From NCBI RefSeq assembly GCF_963921235.1, contig NC_086109.1, positions 28,460,001-28,524,000 on the forward strand: a stretch of 64,000 nt of DNA. Reading direction: 5' to 3'. The notes under the pieces are model-generated. The model worked only from the letters and a program-made list of their open reading frames with translations. It ran no database searches and was not told where the DNA came from. Positions 39,232 through 51,405 of the stretch are shown here, one piece after another. Position 1 is the stretch's first letter, and every line of letters starts with the position of its first letter. A program made the position numbers and the translations under genes. The stretch comes from Mobula hypostoma (taxonomy: Eukaryota).

Positions 39232-40846
39232 TTTGTTTTATAGGGACAAGTGGTTGTAATGCTGTAATATGTACATCTACCGGAAGAAGTAATAGTTAAT
39301 CATTTAACTACTATCTCAGTAGGGATTATCCTTTTATGGAAGCTGAGAGCATGGATGTAGCAGAATTTGCAGGCATTATTGGAGCATTGCTAATATAGGA
39401 AAAGGACATAAATCCTGAATGTTAGTGTTGTTTGTCTTTTGCAATAGAGCAATGCCTGTTGTTCCCAAGTAAATCATAGACTTGCCTTTCATTATTAAAG
39501 CACACAAATTTTACAGAATCAAAGCAGGCCAAGCTCCACATTTAAGAACATTAAAGTCAAGAAGATAAAGTAGCAAATGCTTGTGAGCTGCCACTGGGTC
39601 ATTTTTTGTAGAGTGCCTTTCAGACTCTAGTCTGACGCTGGGATTTAAGCTGGGCTGAATTGAAATGATTCATCTATCTGAGAATAATTGATTCATTCAT
39701 ATTCCCAATACCTGTACAGCATTGCTTCAACATTACAACCTCTTAGTCAGTCGGTCTTTGTACTTCTGAACAGACTTGACGTTACTCAGGTACATTTAGT
39801 TCACAATTCCCACACCTGGAATTGCCTTGAAGTTGATTAATATAGACTTGTCAATAGAGGAGCTAGTACTAGACCTATCATATTTGTAAAAAGTCCCATC
39901 ATGTCTGACAGTTGTATAGCTCCCGGCCATTAGTTTTTTGCAGAGAACAGAAAGCCTGTGTTTGATCCTGATGCACGTAAGATCTTTCAGCACAACATTC
40001 TTGTCTGCAAGAGGTCAGAATCTCACAAATGAAGCTGTGTCTTAAAGTTTTTACAGAGAAATGTGAAATATTTACTCTATTAATCTTTATCGGGATTTTA
40101 TGAACAATTGTCCTTTCAGCACCTTGGTGATAAGAGCTTTTGATCACTTGGAGGTGACTGTAACAGAGACCAACAAGCCTTGACATATATATGCCTGGAC
40201 ATACCACAGACATGGCTTACTTCATAGCCCTGAAATGTGGGTCCTGCCACTTCAGTGCTACTGAGATCAGTTGTGTTTGATTAACAATAGCTGCTTTGAT
40301 AAAAACATACTCTCCTGCAAAAATGAGTAAGAATGTCAGGAAACTTGAGTATATTATAGATCCAGCAGGATTTCAGTGTTTCATTTCAGGTTAAGCAAAT
40401 GACAATAATGCCCCTTATTTTTGCGTTTACTCTTTAAATGCCATAATTAGTGTGAAGTATTTCAGCAACAGGGGAAATAAACATCAGAGCAATGGAATAA
40501 CATCCACATTTAAATATCTGAGAAAACTCAGAAGTGATTTCAAAAGACTTGGTGTTGATATTGAAGATCATAAGCAGGCTTCAGAAATATCTGCCTCTCA
40601 ATCTTCATCAGTCCGGCTCAAAGCCTCAGCTCTTATTCCTCTCCATAGATGCTGCCTGACTTGTTGGTTCCTCCAGCATTTCTCTGTGTTACTGGATTTC
40701 TAGCACCTAGAGAATCTCCTGAGTTTTTGTCTCTCAAGATAGATTGCTGTTGTCCTATTCTGCTACTGGATGAGTTGCTTCTCAGTAATATAATTAAAAC
40801 ATAAACTGTGATAGAATTAATACACAAACACAGATAAATTGGTATT

Positions 40847-41046
40847 TGTTGTGCATTTAAAATTTCAGTAATAATAGTAATATTGTAAATATATTGTTTG
40901 ATTCAGCATTCTTTTTTGTTTACATAATTCTTATTATGTAAAAGTATGTTAATGACATACATCATTATGTAAACCACAAAGAATGTTTTATCAAAAATTT
41001 ATTTACAATATTACTGTATTATTACTGAAATTTTAAATACACAACA
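40847..41046. repeat. Fold-back element made of two inverted copies of a Gypsy LTR 5' end
   Basis: Arms about 40847-40928 and 40965-41046 are reverse complements and match the LTR start at 61647. TG...CA ends; flanks GTATT/CTATT. Confidence 0.75.
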
Positions 41047-42109
41047 CTATTCATGCAGCATCATGTAACATCACTGTTCTAAACACATTTGCAAGAAATT
41101 CCTTTATGTGCTAGTTTAATCTTTTGGGAAGCCTGAGTACATTACAGTTCCACCATTATTATCATTTTCTGGTTCTCTTAAGAATAACATTGCAACAATT
41201 ATTTTTGATATGGGTAGGTCCATGCATTCAAAATTCAAATGAAATCCCTATTTTAAGAGGATAGTCTAGTTATTTTATGCTAATACTTGCATATGTCAGA
41301 TAAACCTCAATAAATCGGACATTGGAGTCTATATACTAGGTTCCAAGTGTTTAGAGTCCAGATTCTATAGTTATACAATAATATATTCCTACTGGGAAGC
41401 AGCATGTTTTGTATGTCCTGTGCAGTAAGATTTTTAATGCAAAAGGTATTGTACACTGTCTTCTAATTAGAAGAGCCAGGAGGAATTCAATGAAGCATAC
41501 CCCTCATGTGAAAGATCTAATATTTAGTGGATGAGGAAGACATACGCTAGTGCATCATAAGTAACAACTAATGAAATATCTTTGGTATTCAACTATATAT
41601 TGAAAATAATTCACAGCTAATCCTTTTAGTTCACAAAACTACAATCCTGGCAATTGATGGAATCAGTTTAAGAAAAGCTTGCATTTATACAGTGCTTTAT
41701 GCTGCTTCAAAGCACTTCATATTTAATGAATTATTTAGGAACATGCTGACTTTTATTCTCGGAAACACATTATCAATTCTGCTTTCCTTGGACAAATGTT
41801 GGCAAGTACTCCAGAAGAACTTTCCAGGCTCTTGAATTTGAACCAAATGTTCCACCTGAATAGGCAATTGTTGCTAAATCCTCAAATTTCTGACTTCAAG
41901 GAGAATCTATAACCAACTGAACCAAATTAGATTTGATTTAGTTTGTGTTTTAGTTATTTTTTTCTGCATCCATTTTGTTAGTTTTATAGAAATGCAGAAA
42001 ATTCATAGTTTCAGTGAGCATGATAAAAGTAGAAACATCAGTAATATGTTCTAAACATATGCTGCAATTAATTGTTAATGAGCACATGTGGTCGTGGTCG
42101 CATATTTGT

Positions 42110-42836
42110 CTCAAAGTTCAAAATTTCTAAGTGCATTTATTATCAAATTATGTATACTAAGTACAACTTTGAAATACGTCTTCCTACAGGCAGTCACAGA
42201 AACAAAGAAACCTAATAGAACCCATTAAAAAAGACTCAATGTGTGAAAAAAGAACAAATAATGCAAACAATGAAAACTAAAGTTCACAAAAGTGAGTCCA
42301 CAGCCACGAAGCCAGTTCATTGTTGCAGCTGGTGCAGGAGCCCGTTAGTTGCAGATCACAGCTTATATTCACTGTAGAGATGAGTAAACCTCATGGCTGA
42401 ACATCGGCCCATCCCTTGCCTTCAGCCTCGACACCCCAACTTTTTCAATCTCGCCCTGCGCATAAATCACCCAAACATTGGCTTGTTCCCCACCCTCAGC
42501 CCTGGGCCCTGCTGGTTCAAATCGGCCCAGTTCCGCTTCAGCAATGGCCAAACATTGGCTCGTTCCTCGTTCTCAGGCCCCAACGCCTCGATTCAGCCTG
42601 CACTTGCTGCACCACAACACTGCACCTTCGGGACTTTAGTTCCCCGAGTCTCCAGAACACTGCAAAAAATGCCAGGCCGTACAGGCGGTTCAAAATCACA
42701 ACTCCAAAAGGGAAGTTACAGGCTTTTGATTGCACTGAACATTGTCCAGTAGAAGTGTGATTAATAGAGTAGTTAGTAGATTTGTTTGCTGCCAGTAAAG
42801 CGTCACTACGTCTCACCAGTGACATCTTAAACCGAA
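42110..42836 (-). mobile_element. Non-autonomous retroposon with Rex1-like tail
   Basis: TCAAAGTTCAAA tail on + strand; GC-richer non-coding body; 5' TTCGGTTTAAGATGTCACTGG on minus. Confidence 0.5.
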
Positions 42837-44356
42837 TATGTCTATGTTGGGAAATATTAAATGCTCACTTGGGAGAGAAGAATAAGATAAAATGAGAAAG
42901 TTAAGGAAAATAAGACCAATTATCTTTTCATTACTTAAATTAATCAGAGGTGGTCCTTGTCCATCATAACAGAAGTGCTCCTTCACTTTGATTATTCATC
43001 TGGAAGAGAGACTTTTTGACATTTAACTCTATCATCAAATACATTACTAGTTTTATCATTTTATGAGGGAAGCAAAATGAAATTGTCTGCTTAAGTGATC
43101 TCTAAAGCACGGGAATGTTCATTTTGAGATACCCAGTTATTGTTAAAATTCATATTAGCCTTACCATAAAAACTAACTATACTTAAAATGCCACTCATTG
43201 CTTGACACTGATCTGTGGTAATCTTTTTTTTCTAATTGAAGTGTTTGCCATCTTGTGATAATTTACTTTTAGCTTTGGCAGCATTCAGAGACCAAAACCT
43301 GATTGTTATGTCAGCAAAAACATGGACCATGTTCTACAAAGCACACAATGGATTTTAAACAACATTCCACAGTCATTTTATAGGACTATAATGCAAATAT
43401 TCAAGACCTAAGCTATATTTTCCAGGTGCTGATTATTCTGTGTCTGTAAAGGAAAATACTGATTTCTTAAAGATATATAGTCTGAGGAGAACAAAATATA
43501 TGATTCTCTACTATTAATCAAGATTAAATTTTATGACGTGCAACTAGCCTGAGCTATTATCTTTATTATTAGTAATGTTTCTGAGAGTGATTGCCTTAGT
43601 TTGTTACTTGAAGTTTAACATCACCCCGAGAACAATGCCACAACATATGCAGGAGAAAGGCTGTTGCACTGTGGAGGTAGTCCATGCAGAAACTTTAGCA
43701 AATAAACTCTAGTTGACACCAGATGTTCATATGTTCTCATGACCATATAGGCTTCCTTTGAGTGCTCTAATTGCCTCCTACATCTGGTAGGACACTGTAA
43801 ATTACCCCTTAGCGTAGGTTAATTGCAGTGAATTGAAGGGGAATAGATGGGCAAATGCAAGAGAGAATAAATTGCAATGATACAATGAAAATAGAAAGGG
43901 AATGGGATGAATGGGATTATTCTGTAGGAACAGCTATTGACCCAGTGGGACAAATGTCCTCCTTCTGTGTTGCAGTAAATATAAAACAAGATCAGATAAG
44001 TTGCTTCAGAACATTATAACTATATAATTATATAGCGTGTAGCTCATTTACATGTCATATTACACATGCAGCACATTTACCAATTTACATACACCTATGC
44101 CAAAAACACTAAAAGACATAAGCTATAAAAATAGTACCAATAGGTTGTATGGCATCTGCAATTTGTAATCCATTATCCTCAATTTGTAGAATCCATGTAA
44201 GGAAATTGGAATTATCAATCAATTAAACAAGGTTACTACAGGGTAGATTCATAGAGGTACTGCTTTTTCCATTTTTTTGGATTAGCAGAACAAACATCAT
44301 AGAGTAACGCACCAAACAATCCTTAAAGGTAAAAAGGTAAAAAGTATTCCTTAAAG

Positions 44357-44946
44357 GTGAAACCCGATGCAGATTGGGGGACCACTTCGTCGAGCACCTC
44401 CACTCCCTCTGCCACAACAGACAAGATCTCCCGGTAGCCACCCACTTCAACTCTGCTTCCCATTCCCATTCAGATATGTCCATACATGGCCTCCTCTACT
44501 GCCATGATGAGGCTAAACTCAGGTTGGAGGAGCAACACCTCATATACTGTCTAGGTAGTCTCCAGCCCCTTGGTATGAATATAGAATTCTCCTACTTCCA
44601 GTAATTCCCTCCCCCTCCCTTCCTCTATCCCTATTTCACTCTACCCCCTCCCCCAGCTCCCTTATGGTTCCGCCTCCTTCTACCACCGATTGTTTTCAGG
44701 GCTATGACGTAAATGCTTCCCTTCCCCCACCCCTTTATCTTTCAAATTACTGGTCTTTCAACTGACGCTACAAGCATTCTTCAAATCCTTCCCCATCTTT
44801 CATTCTTCAGTCCTGACGAAGGGTTCCGGCCCGAAACGTCAACTCATCGTTTCTGCCTGATGCTGCCCGACCTGCTGAGTTCATCCAGCGTACTGAAAGT
44901 GTTGTTCTGATCTTTTACAGCATCTGCAGATTATTTTGTGTTTACG
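44357..44946 (+). mobile_element. Penelope-like element, 5'-truncated (GIY-YIG C-terminal part and 3' repeat)
   Basis: GETRCRLGDHFVEHLHS..DLPVATHFNS..RLEEQHLIYCLGSLQPLGMNIEFS. Direct repeat ATCCTTAAAGGTA (44319-31 / 44947-59). Confidence 0.9.
44809..44844 (+). ncRNA. Minimal hammerhead ribozyme motif
   Basis: AGTC CTGACGA A GGG TTCCGG CCC GAAA C GTC^AACT. Stem II is Watson-Crick GGG/CCC with a different loop from the other copies. Confidence 0.75.
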
Positions 44947-44957
44947 ATCCTTAAAGG

Positions 44958-45845
44958 TATGCTGACGACACAACTATTGTTGGCAAAAGTTCAGATGGTG
45001 ACAAGAAGGCATACAGGACCGAGACATATCAGCTAGTTGAGTGGTGCTGCAGCAACAACCTTGCACTCAGTGTCAGTAAGATCAAAGAACTAATTGTGGA
45101 CTTCAGAAAGGGTAAGGTGAGGGAACACACACCAGTCCTCATAAAGGGATCAGAAGTGGAAAGAGTGAGAAATTTTAAGTCCCAGGGTGTCAACATCTCT
45201 GAGGATCTATCTCAGGCCCAACATGCTGGTGCAGTTACAAAGAAGGCATGACAGTGGCTATATTTCATTAGGAGTTTGAGGAGATTTGGTATGTCACCAA
45301 AGTCACTTGGAAATTTCTACAAATGTACTGTGGAGAGTATTCCAACTAGCTCATAAGGTTGCACATACCATCTGGTATGTGGGTGTAGGAGAGGTGCTAC
45401 TGCACAGGATCGAAAGAAGCTGCAGAAAGTTGCAAACTCAGTCAGCTCCATCATGGGCACTAGCCATCCTGAGCTTCTGGAATATCTTCAAACAGCAATG
45501 TCTGAAAAAAGCTGCATCCATCATTAAGCACCCTTGATCACCCAGGGCATGCCCTCTTCTCACTACCATCAGGATGAAGGTACAGGAGGCTGAAGGCACA
45601 CACTCGATGATACAGGAACAGCTTCTTCCCCTCTGCCATCAGACTTCTGAGTGGTCATTGAACCCATGAACATTACCTCACTACTTTATTGCACTGCTTA
45701 TTTAATTTAACAATTTTATATATATAGTATATTTATATAATTACAGTAAGTGTGGAAGTAAGTGTAATTCATTTTTTATTATCATGTATCGCAATATATT
45801 GCTGCCACATAACAGCAAATTTCATGACATATGCTGGAGATATTT
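44958..45845 (+). mobile_element. Rex1/Babar LINE 3' portion
   Basis: YADDTTIVG..WCCSNNLALSVSKIKELIVDFRK..; RNSFFPSAIRLL. Confidence 0.85.
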
Positions 45846-45854
45846 AACGATATT

Positions 45855-46442
45855 TGCTGGCTGCACTTGGAATATTGTCAATAGCTTTGAGCACCTTATC
45901 TCAGAAAGGATGTATTGTTGTTGGAGAGGGTCCAGAGGAGGTTCACGGGAGGGTGATTCTGGGAATGAAGGGGTTAACATATGACGACCGTCTGGCAGCC
46001 TTGGGCCTCTGCTCACTGGAGTTCAGAAGAATGTGTGGGGATCTCTTTGAAACCTACCGAAAGTTGAAAGGACTAGATAAGGTGGACGTGGAAAGGATGT
46101 TCCCTCTGGTGAGGTTACCTAGAACTAGAGGGCACAGTCTCAAAATTGGGTGGGGGGGGGCGGGTGATCATTTAGAACAGAAGTAAGGAGGAATTTTTTT
46201 AGTTTAAGAGTGGTGAATCTGTGGAATGCTCTACCACAGAACGTGGTGGAGGCCAAGTCTGTGGGTATGTTCGATGTGGAAGTTGATGGATTCCTGATTG
46301 GTTGGGGTATCAAGGGATATAGTGAGAGGGCAGGTGTATGGGGTTGAATGGAATCCAGGATTAGCCATGATGAAATGGTGGAGCAGACTCGATGGGCTGA
46401 ATGGCCTGATTCTGCTCCTATGTCTTATGGTCTTAAGGTCCT
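45855..46442 (+). mobile_element. CR1 LINE 3' portion
   Basis: GMKGLTYDDRL..LEFRRMCGDLFETY..TRGHSLKI; TCTTATGG-type tail. Confidence 0.85.
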
Positions 46443-47984
46443 ATACTAAATCTAATTCTGATTCTGAAGATGACATATAAGGGGCATAGTTCAGCTTAAT
46501 CTTTGCTGCTAACATCTCACAGCAGACAATGGGGGGAATCCTCTATTAGTGTCTGCTATTAGGCACTTAGTTAATTTGGAGATCTGAGTTTACCACTGAA
46601 GATTAAACTCCGACTCGCAAGAAGCCTAACTATTTAGGCAGAGCCATATGCACTCCAGAAACAGTCATCGCTGAGATCTGCTATTAGAGTCACTTTTTAT
46701 AAGTATATGTAATAAATTCTAAATCTTAAAGGTTTGCTTGGGAATTTCCATAAGTCATGGAATCCTAGAAGTTTTGCTGACGTGTAGATTTGTTACATTT
46801 CTGTCATTCCTTTAGTGGGATACAAATAAATGTGATTGGGGTAAAGAAAGACCATGGGGTCAGATTTATCCTATAACAGCGCAGTTTGAGAAAACAGCAC
46901 TGATGTAGATTTTAATTGGGTTGGTTGATGTAGTTACAATAACAATGTTGACAGCATTACATAGTGAAACTGACAGCATCATCATGATTGTACATTTGAG
47001 CAGTTAAACATAGAAATCCAAAAGTCACTGTCAGAAATGTCCTGCTCCTACAATACATGCAGATTTGAGTGACCTGATCAGAGCATTCTACAATTATAAA
47101 CTTGGGACTGATCTCCCAAAATCTGTAGACAATGTTGTGTTTTATTGAACAAGATAGATAGTCAATGTCTTCTTTATTTTTCTCTCCATGGCCAGTATAT
47201 TGAAAACAAGAGGTGATAAATTTAAGCAAAGAGGAGGAAGTTTAAAGGTGATGGAAAGGGAAAATATTTAACACAGAAAGTGAATTATCTGTAACATGCT
47301 GCCAGAAAAGATCAGATACAATAGCTGTGTTTTAGAAGCATACAGGTAGGCACTTAAATAGGCAAGGCATAGTAGAATTCAGTCTTAATATAAATAAATG
47401 AGATTAGTGCAGATGGGCATAAAGTTTAGCACAGACATGATGGGCTGAAGGGCCAGTTTCTATGCGTATTTGACACTATCACTAAACAATGACTAAGGTT
47501 TTTATGATGCATTATGTCCTAATTTTATTTAAAAAGTGGAAAACTAGTAAGTTGTTTTTTTACTGCCACATGTACCAAGGTACAGTAAAAAGTTTGCCTT
47601 GCATATTTTGCATCCAGATTAATTCATTACACGGTGCCTAGAGGTAGTTCCAGGTAAAATAATAACAGAATGCAGGATAAAATGCTACAATTACAGAGAA
47701 AGTGTAGTGCAGTCAGACAATATGGTGCATGGCCATAATCAGGTAGATTGTGAATGAAGAGCCTGTCTTAATACCTCAGGGGTCTGTTCAATTGTCTTGT
47801 AACAGTGGGACAGAAGCCGTCCTTGAACCTAGTGTTATGTACTTTAAGGCTTTTGCATCTTCTGTCCTATGGTAGAGAGGAGAAGTGGGAATGCCTGGTG
47901 CAGGTGGGGTCTTTGATTGTACTGGCTGCTTTACTAAGTTAGCAAGAAGTGTAGAGAATCCATGGAGGGAAACTTCTGTCCCCT

Positions 47985-48092
47985 TCCGTTCCAGTCCTGA
48001 TGAAGGATTGCAGTCCAAAACATTGTCTGTTTATCCCCCTCCATAGGTGTTGCTTGACGTCCTGCATTCCTTTGGCATTCTGTGTGTGTTGC
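47985..48092 (+). mobile_element. Penelope tail fragment with degenerate hammerhead
   Basis: CAGTC CTGATGA AGGATTGCAGTCC AAAAC ATT GTCTG. Stem II GGA/TCC is retained; GAAA is mutated. Confidence 0.6.
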
Positions 48093-48393
48093 CTGTGGAG
48101 AGGAAACTGGTTTCCATGTTATACTGAGCTGTGTACACAACCCTCTGCAGTTTCTTGCTGTTGTAGCAGAGGAGTTTCCATACCAAGCCATGGTACATCC
48201 AGATAAGACGCTTTCTATGGTGCATTAATAAACATTGGTGAGGACCAAAAGGGACATGCCAAGTTCCTTTGGCCTCTTGAAGCAGTTGAGCTTTTCTGGC
48301 CGTGGCATCTACATGGTTAAACCAGGATAGTTTATCGGCGAAGTTTGCTCTGTGACGAAGAGCATTTGGTAAACACATTCCTTGCCCATGCAC

Positions 48394-48395
<2 letters not shown>

Positions 48396-48430
<35 letters not shown>

Positions 48431-48494
48431 GCACGCACGCACGCACGCACGCACACACGCACGCACACACACACATACACGTTTACACACACAC
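48396..48494. repeat. (CA)n/(CGCA)n compound microsatellite
   Basis: Directly visible. Confidence 0.95.
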
Positions 48495-48675
48495 AAATAT
48501 TGCCTTGTTGTTCTGCTGTTTTTGTGCTGAGCGTGCACACATCAATATCTTCCCTCCAGTATATTCTAGTAATGGGTCCTAAAGGCTTTGTGGTACCTTT
48601 TCTGCCATAAATGGTGGAATATTACATTTCTTTGATAATGGGGAACTGTAAATGTGTATATATTGCTTGTGTAGT

Positions 48676-48982
48676 GTCGGCACATGGCCAAGTGGTTAAG
48701 GCGCCGGTCTAGTGATCTGAAGGTTGCTAGTTCGAGCCTCAGCTGAGGCAGCATGTTGTGTCCTTGAGCAAGGTACTTAACCACACATGGTTCTGCGAGG
48801 ACACCGGTGCCAAGCTGTATTGGCCCTAGTGCCCTTCTCTTGGACAACATCGGTGGCGTGGAGAGGGGAGACTTGAAACATGGGCAACTGCCGGTCTTCC
48901 ATACAACCTTGCCCAGGCCTGTGCCCTGGAAACCTTCCAAGGCACAAATGCATGGTCTCACGAGACTAACAGATGTCTATAT
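48676..48982 (+). mobile_element. tRNA-derived SINE
   Basis: A box TGGCCAAGTGG and B box AGTTCGAGCC, then GTGTCCTTGAGCAAGGTACTTAAC central domain and a LINE-like tail. Confidence 0.8.
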
Positions 48983-49851
48983 AACTGTACTTAAGGTAGA
49001 TACTACTATTCATTTTGTAATACGATTGTAACTACATTGTGGGGTGCATCATATTCTTATTCATGTGTAGTTTTAAGCTAATTTTGAGGGTAATTAAAGA
49101 TGGTATGTCCTGGTGCCTATAAAGACAGGGTTGATTGCTCTCAGTGGCAAAGAGAGATTGAGCTGCCCAGAGGACACACTGGATAGCATAGCATGAAACT
49201 ATTGATTGTGTTTTCTGGTAGGTCTCTTTTTTGTAAATATTGGCTGTTTTCTTCTTGCTATTTTTGCTAATTTTTATATGTTTTATTTTTGGTGCACTTA
49301 ATAAACACCCTTACATCATAGTGCTAAACAACCCCAGCCATTTTTAATTTGGTCCTACCCACTTATCGTAACATGCTCCTAGGAACTTGAGGTTCTCAGC
49401 TCTCTCAACCTCAGCACTATTGATGTGCACCATCTCCATTTCCTTGCTGAAGTCAAATCATTTGTTTTGTGATATTGAGGGAAAACTTGCTTCCATGACA
49501 CCATGTCACTAGGCTCTCTATCTCTTTCTTTCCTATACTCTGACAGGCAGTTATTTCAGATATGGCCCACTAGGGTCGCATCAGCTGCAAACTTGTAGAT
49601 AGAGTTAGAGCAGAATCTACCACACAGGCATAGATGTGCAGGAAGTAGAACAGGGGGTTGATGCAGTCTTATGGTGAATGAGTGTTGAGAATAATTGTGG
49701 TGGACGTATTGATCCCTATTCTTACTGATTGCGGCCTACTAGTCAGAAAGTCAAAAATTCTGAATCAGAATCAGAATCAGGTTCATTATCATTGGCATGT
49801 GTTGTGAAATGTGTTAACTTAGCAGCAGCAGTTCAATGCAATACATAATGT

Positions 49852-49891
49852 AGAAGAAGAAGAAGAAGAAGAAGAAGAAGAAGAAGAAGAA
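49852..49891. repeat. (AAG)n microsatellite
   Basis: Directly visible. Confidence 0.95.
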
Positions 49892-50610
49892 ATAAATAAA
49901 TAAATAAATACATTATAGTGTATGTATATTGAATGGATTAAAAATCATGCAAAAACCAGAAATAATATATATTAAAAAAGTGAGGTAATGTTCATTTAGG
50001 AATCGGATGGCAGAGGGGAAGAAGCTGTTCCTGAATCACTGAGTGTGTGCCTTCAGGCTTCTATGCCTCTTACCTGATGGTACCAGTGAGAATAGGGCAT
50101 GCCCTGGGTGCTGGAGGACCCGAATAATGGACGCTGCCTTTCTGAGACACTGCTCCTTGAAGATATCCTGGGTACTTTGTAGGCTAGTACCCAAGATGGA
50201 GCCGACTAAATTTACAACCCTCTGCAGGTTCTTTCAGTCCTGTGCAGTAGCTCCTCCCCTCTTGCCTCCCCCCTCATACCAGACAGTGATGCAGCCTGTC
50301 AGAATGCTCTTTCATTTGCAAAAAGAAGTTGTTGAGTCCCAGGTGTAGGTGATTGGAAATGAGTTTGCTTGGAATTATAGCACTGAAGATGGAGCTGCAG
50401 TCAAAAGAAAAATCATTGAATATACGTGTCTCTACTACCCAGATGCTCCAGAGATCATTTTATGGCAGAGAGAAAGCATCCACCCAAGACTGGCTTTGGT
50501 GGTCGGCAAATTGCGGTGGGGAGACTGGAGTTAATATGTGCCATGACCAGCCGTTCAAAACATTTCTTAATGGTTAATGCCAGAGCCACTGGGCAGTAGT
50601 CATTAAGGTA

Positions 50611-50703
50611 GCAACACACACAAGATGCTGGTGGAACGAAGCAGGCCAGGCAGCATCTATAGGAAGAAGTACAGTCGACTTTTTGGGCCGAGACCCTTCG
50701 TCA
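50611..50703 (-). mobile_element. Lone Penelope arm with mutated hammerhead
   Basis: Same sequence as the minus arms at about 7098 and 33289; GAAAC is changed to AAAAA. Confidence 0.7.
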
Positions 50704-51405
50704 CTGACATAGGTTACTTTGTGTTTCTTAGGTGCCACGATGATTATACACTTCTGCTTGGAACGTTAAGTTGAAGCAGGAGAGCTTAAACTGTCTGAAA
50801 ATAGCCCTGCCAGCTGATTTGCACAGTATCTAAGGACAAGGCCACAGACAGAATCTGGGCCAGATGTTTTCCGTGATCTCCCTAGTGCTTCATTCAGTCA
50901 AACGTTGCCTTAATGTCAAAGGATGTTACTTTCCTTTAAGCTATGGAATTCAGCTGTTTGGTCGGGATAGTGAAGAACTATAGACTTGAATGGTCCTGCT
51001 CAGTTTGCTGGTGAATAACTAGCCATGTAGAAGACACATTTCCATCACCTTAATGATGATTGGGATTTGACCCTCTATTAATACCTCTGTTTGTGAATGG
51101 GACATATTTGGAATTTTCCATCTGATGACATTACATACAAGCACTCAAACCAAACTTGAATTTAATGATAGTTGATGGGTTGGTGCTGACTAACTGAAAA
51201 TATCTTTTCCTCATTCAATCCCAATGCTCTCTGATGCTAACCTGCACTTTTTTTTGTGGAAGTTGGCATAATTCCTATGAATGGATATCATGACACTTGG
51301 CAATGATTTGTATGGTAGGTATGGATTTTCATTGCTTTTTTATTTCCACAGGTAAAATGAAAAGGCAAAGGTAACACATTTCGCAGCAATGCAGCCCGCA
51401 TATAA

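Larger units (their letters stand above)
48351..49373 (+). mobile_element. Solo LTR
   Basis: Ends TGTGACGA...TCGTAACA; exact 5-bp TSD TGCTC (48346-50 / 49374-78); TATAAA about 49118 and AATAAA about 49300. Confidence 0.85.
47550..50900 (-). mobile_element. Decayed Rex1/Babar LINE(s) hosting several later insertions
   Basis: Rex1 motifs on minus at about 47550-48350, 49374-49760 and 50310-50900. A second Rex1 3' end with (TCAGAA)n tail lies at about 49760-50310. Confidence 0.7.

Noticed and set aside
48031..48582. ORFs rich in VC/HT repeats
   Set aside because: Translation of a (CA)n/(CGCA)n microsatellite and adjacent Rex1 sequence.
48676..48750. tRNA gene
   Set aside because: A/B boxes run on into a SINE body and tail; no complete cloverleaf or terminator was seen.
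51352..51370. 19-nt micro-exon (TTTCCACAG|...|GTAACA)
   Set aside because: Not frame-preserving, the acceptor is itself followed by GTAAAA, and there is no other support.
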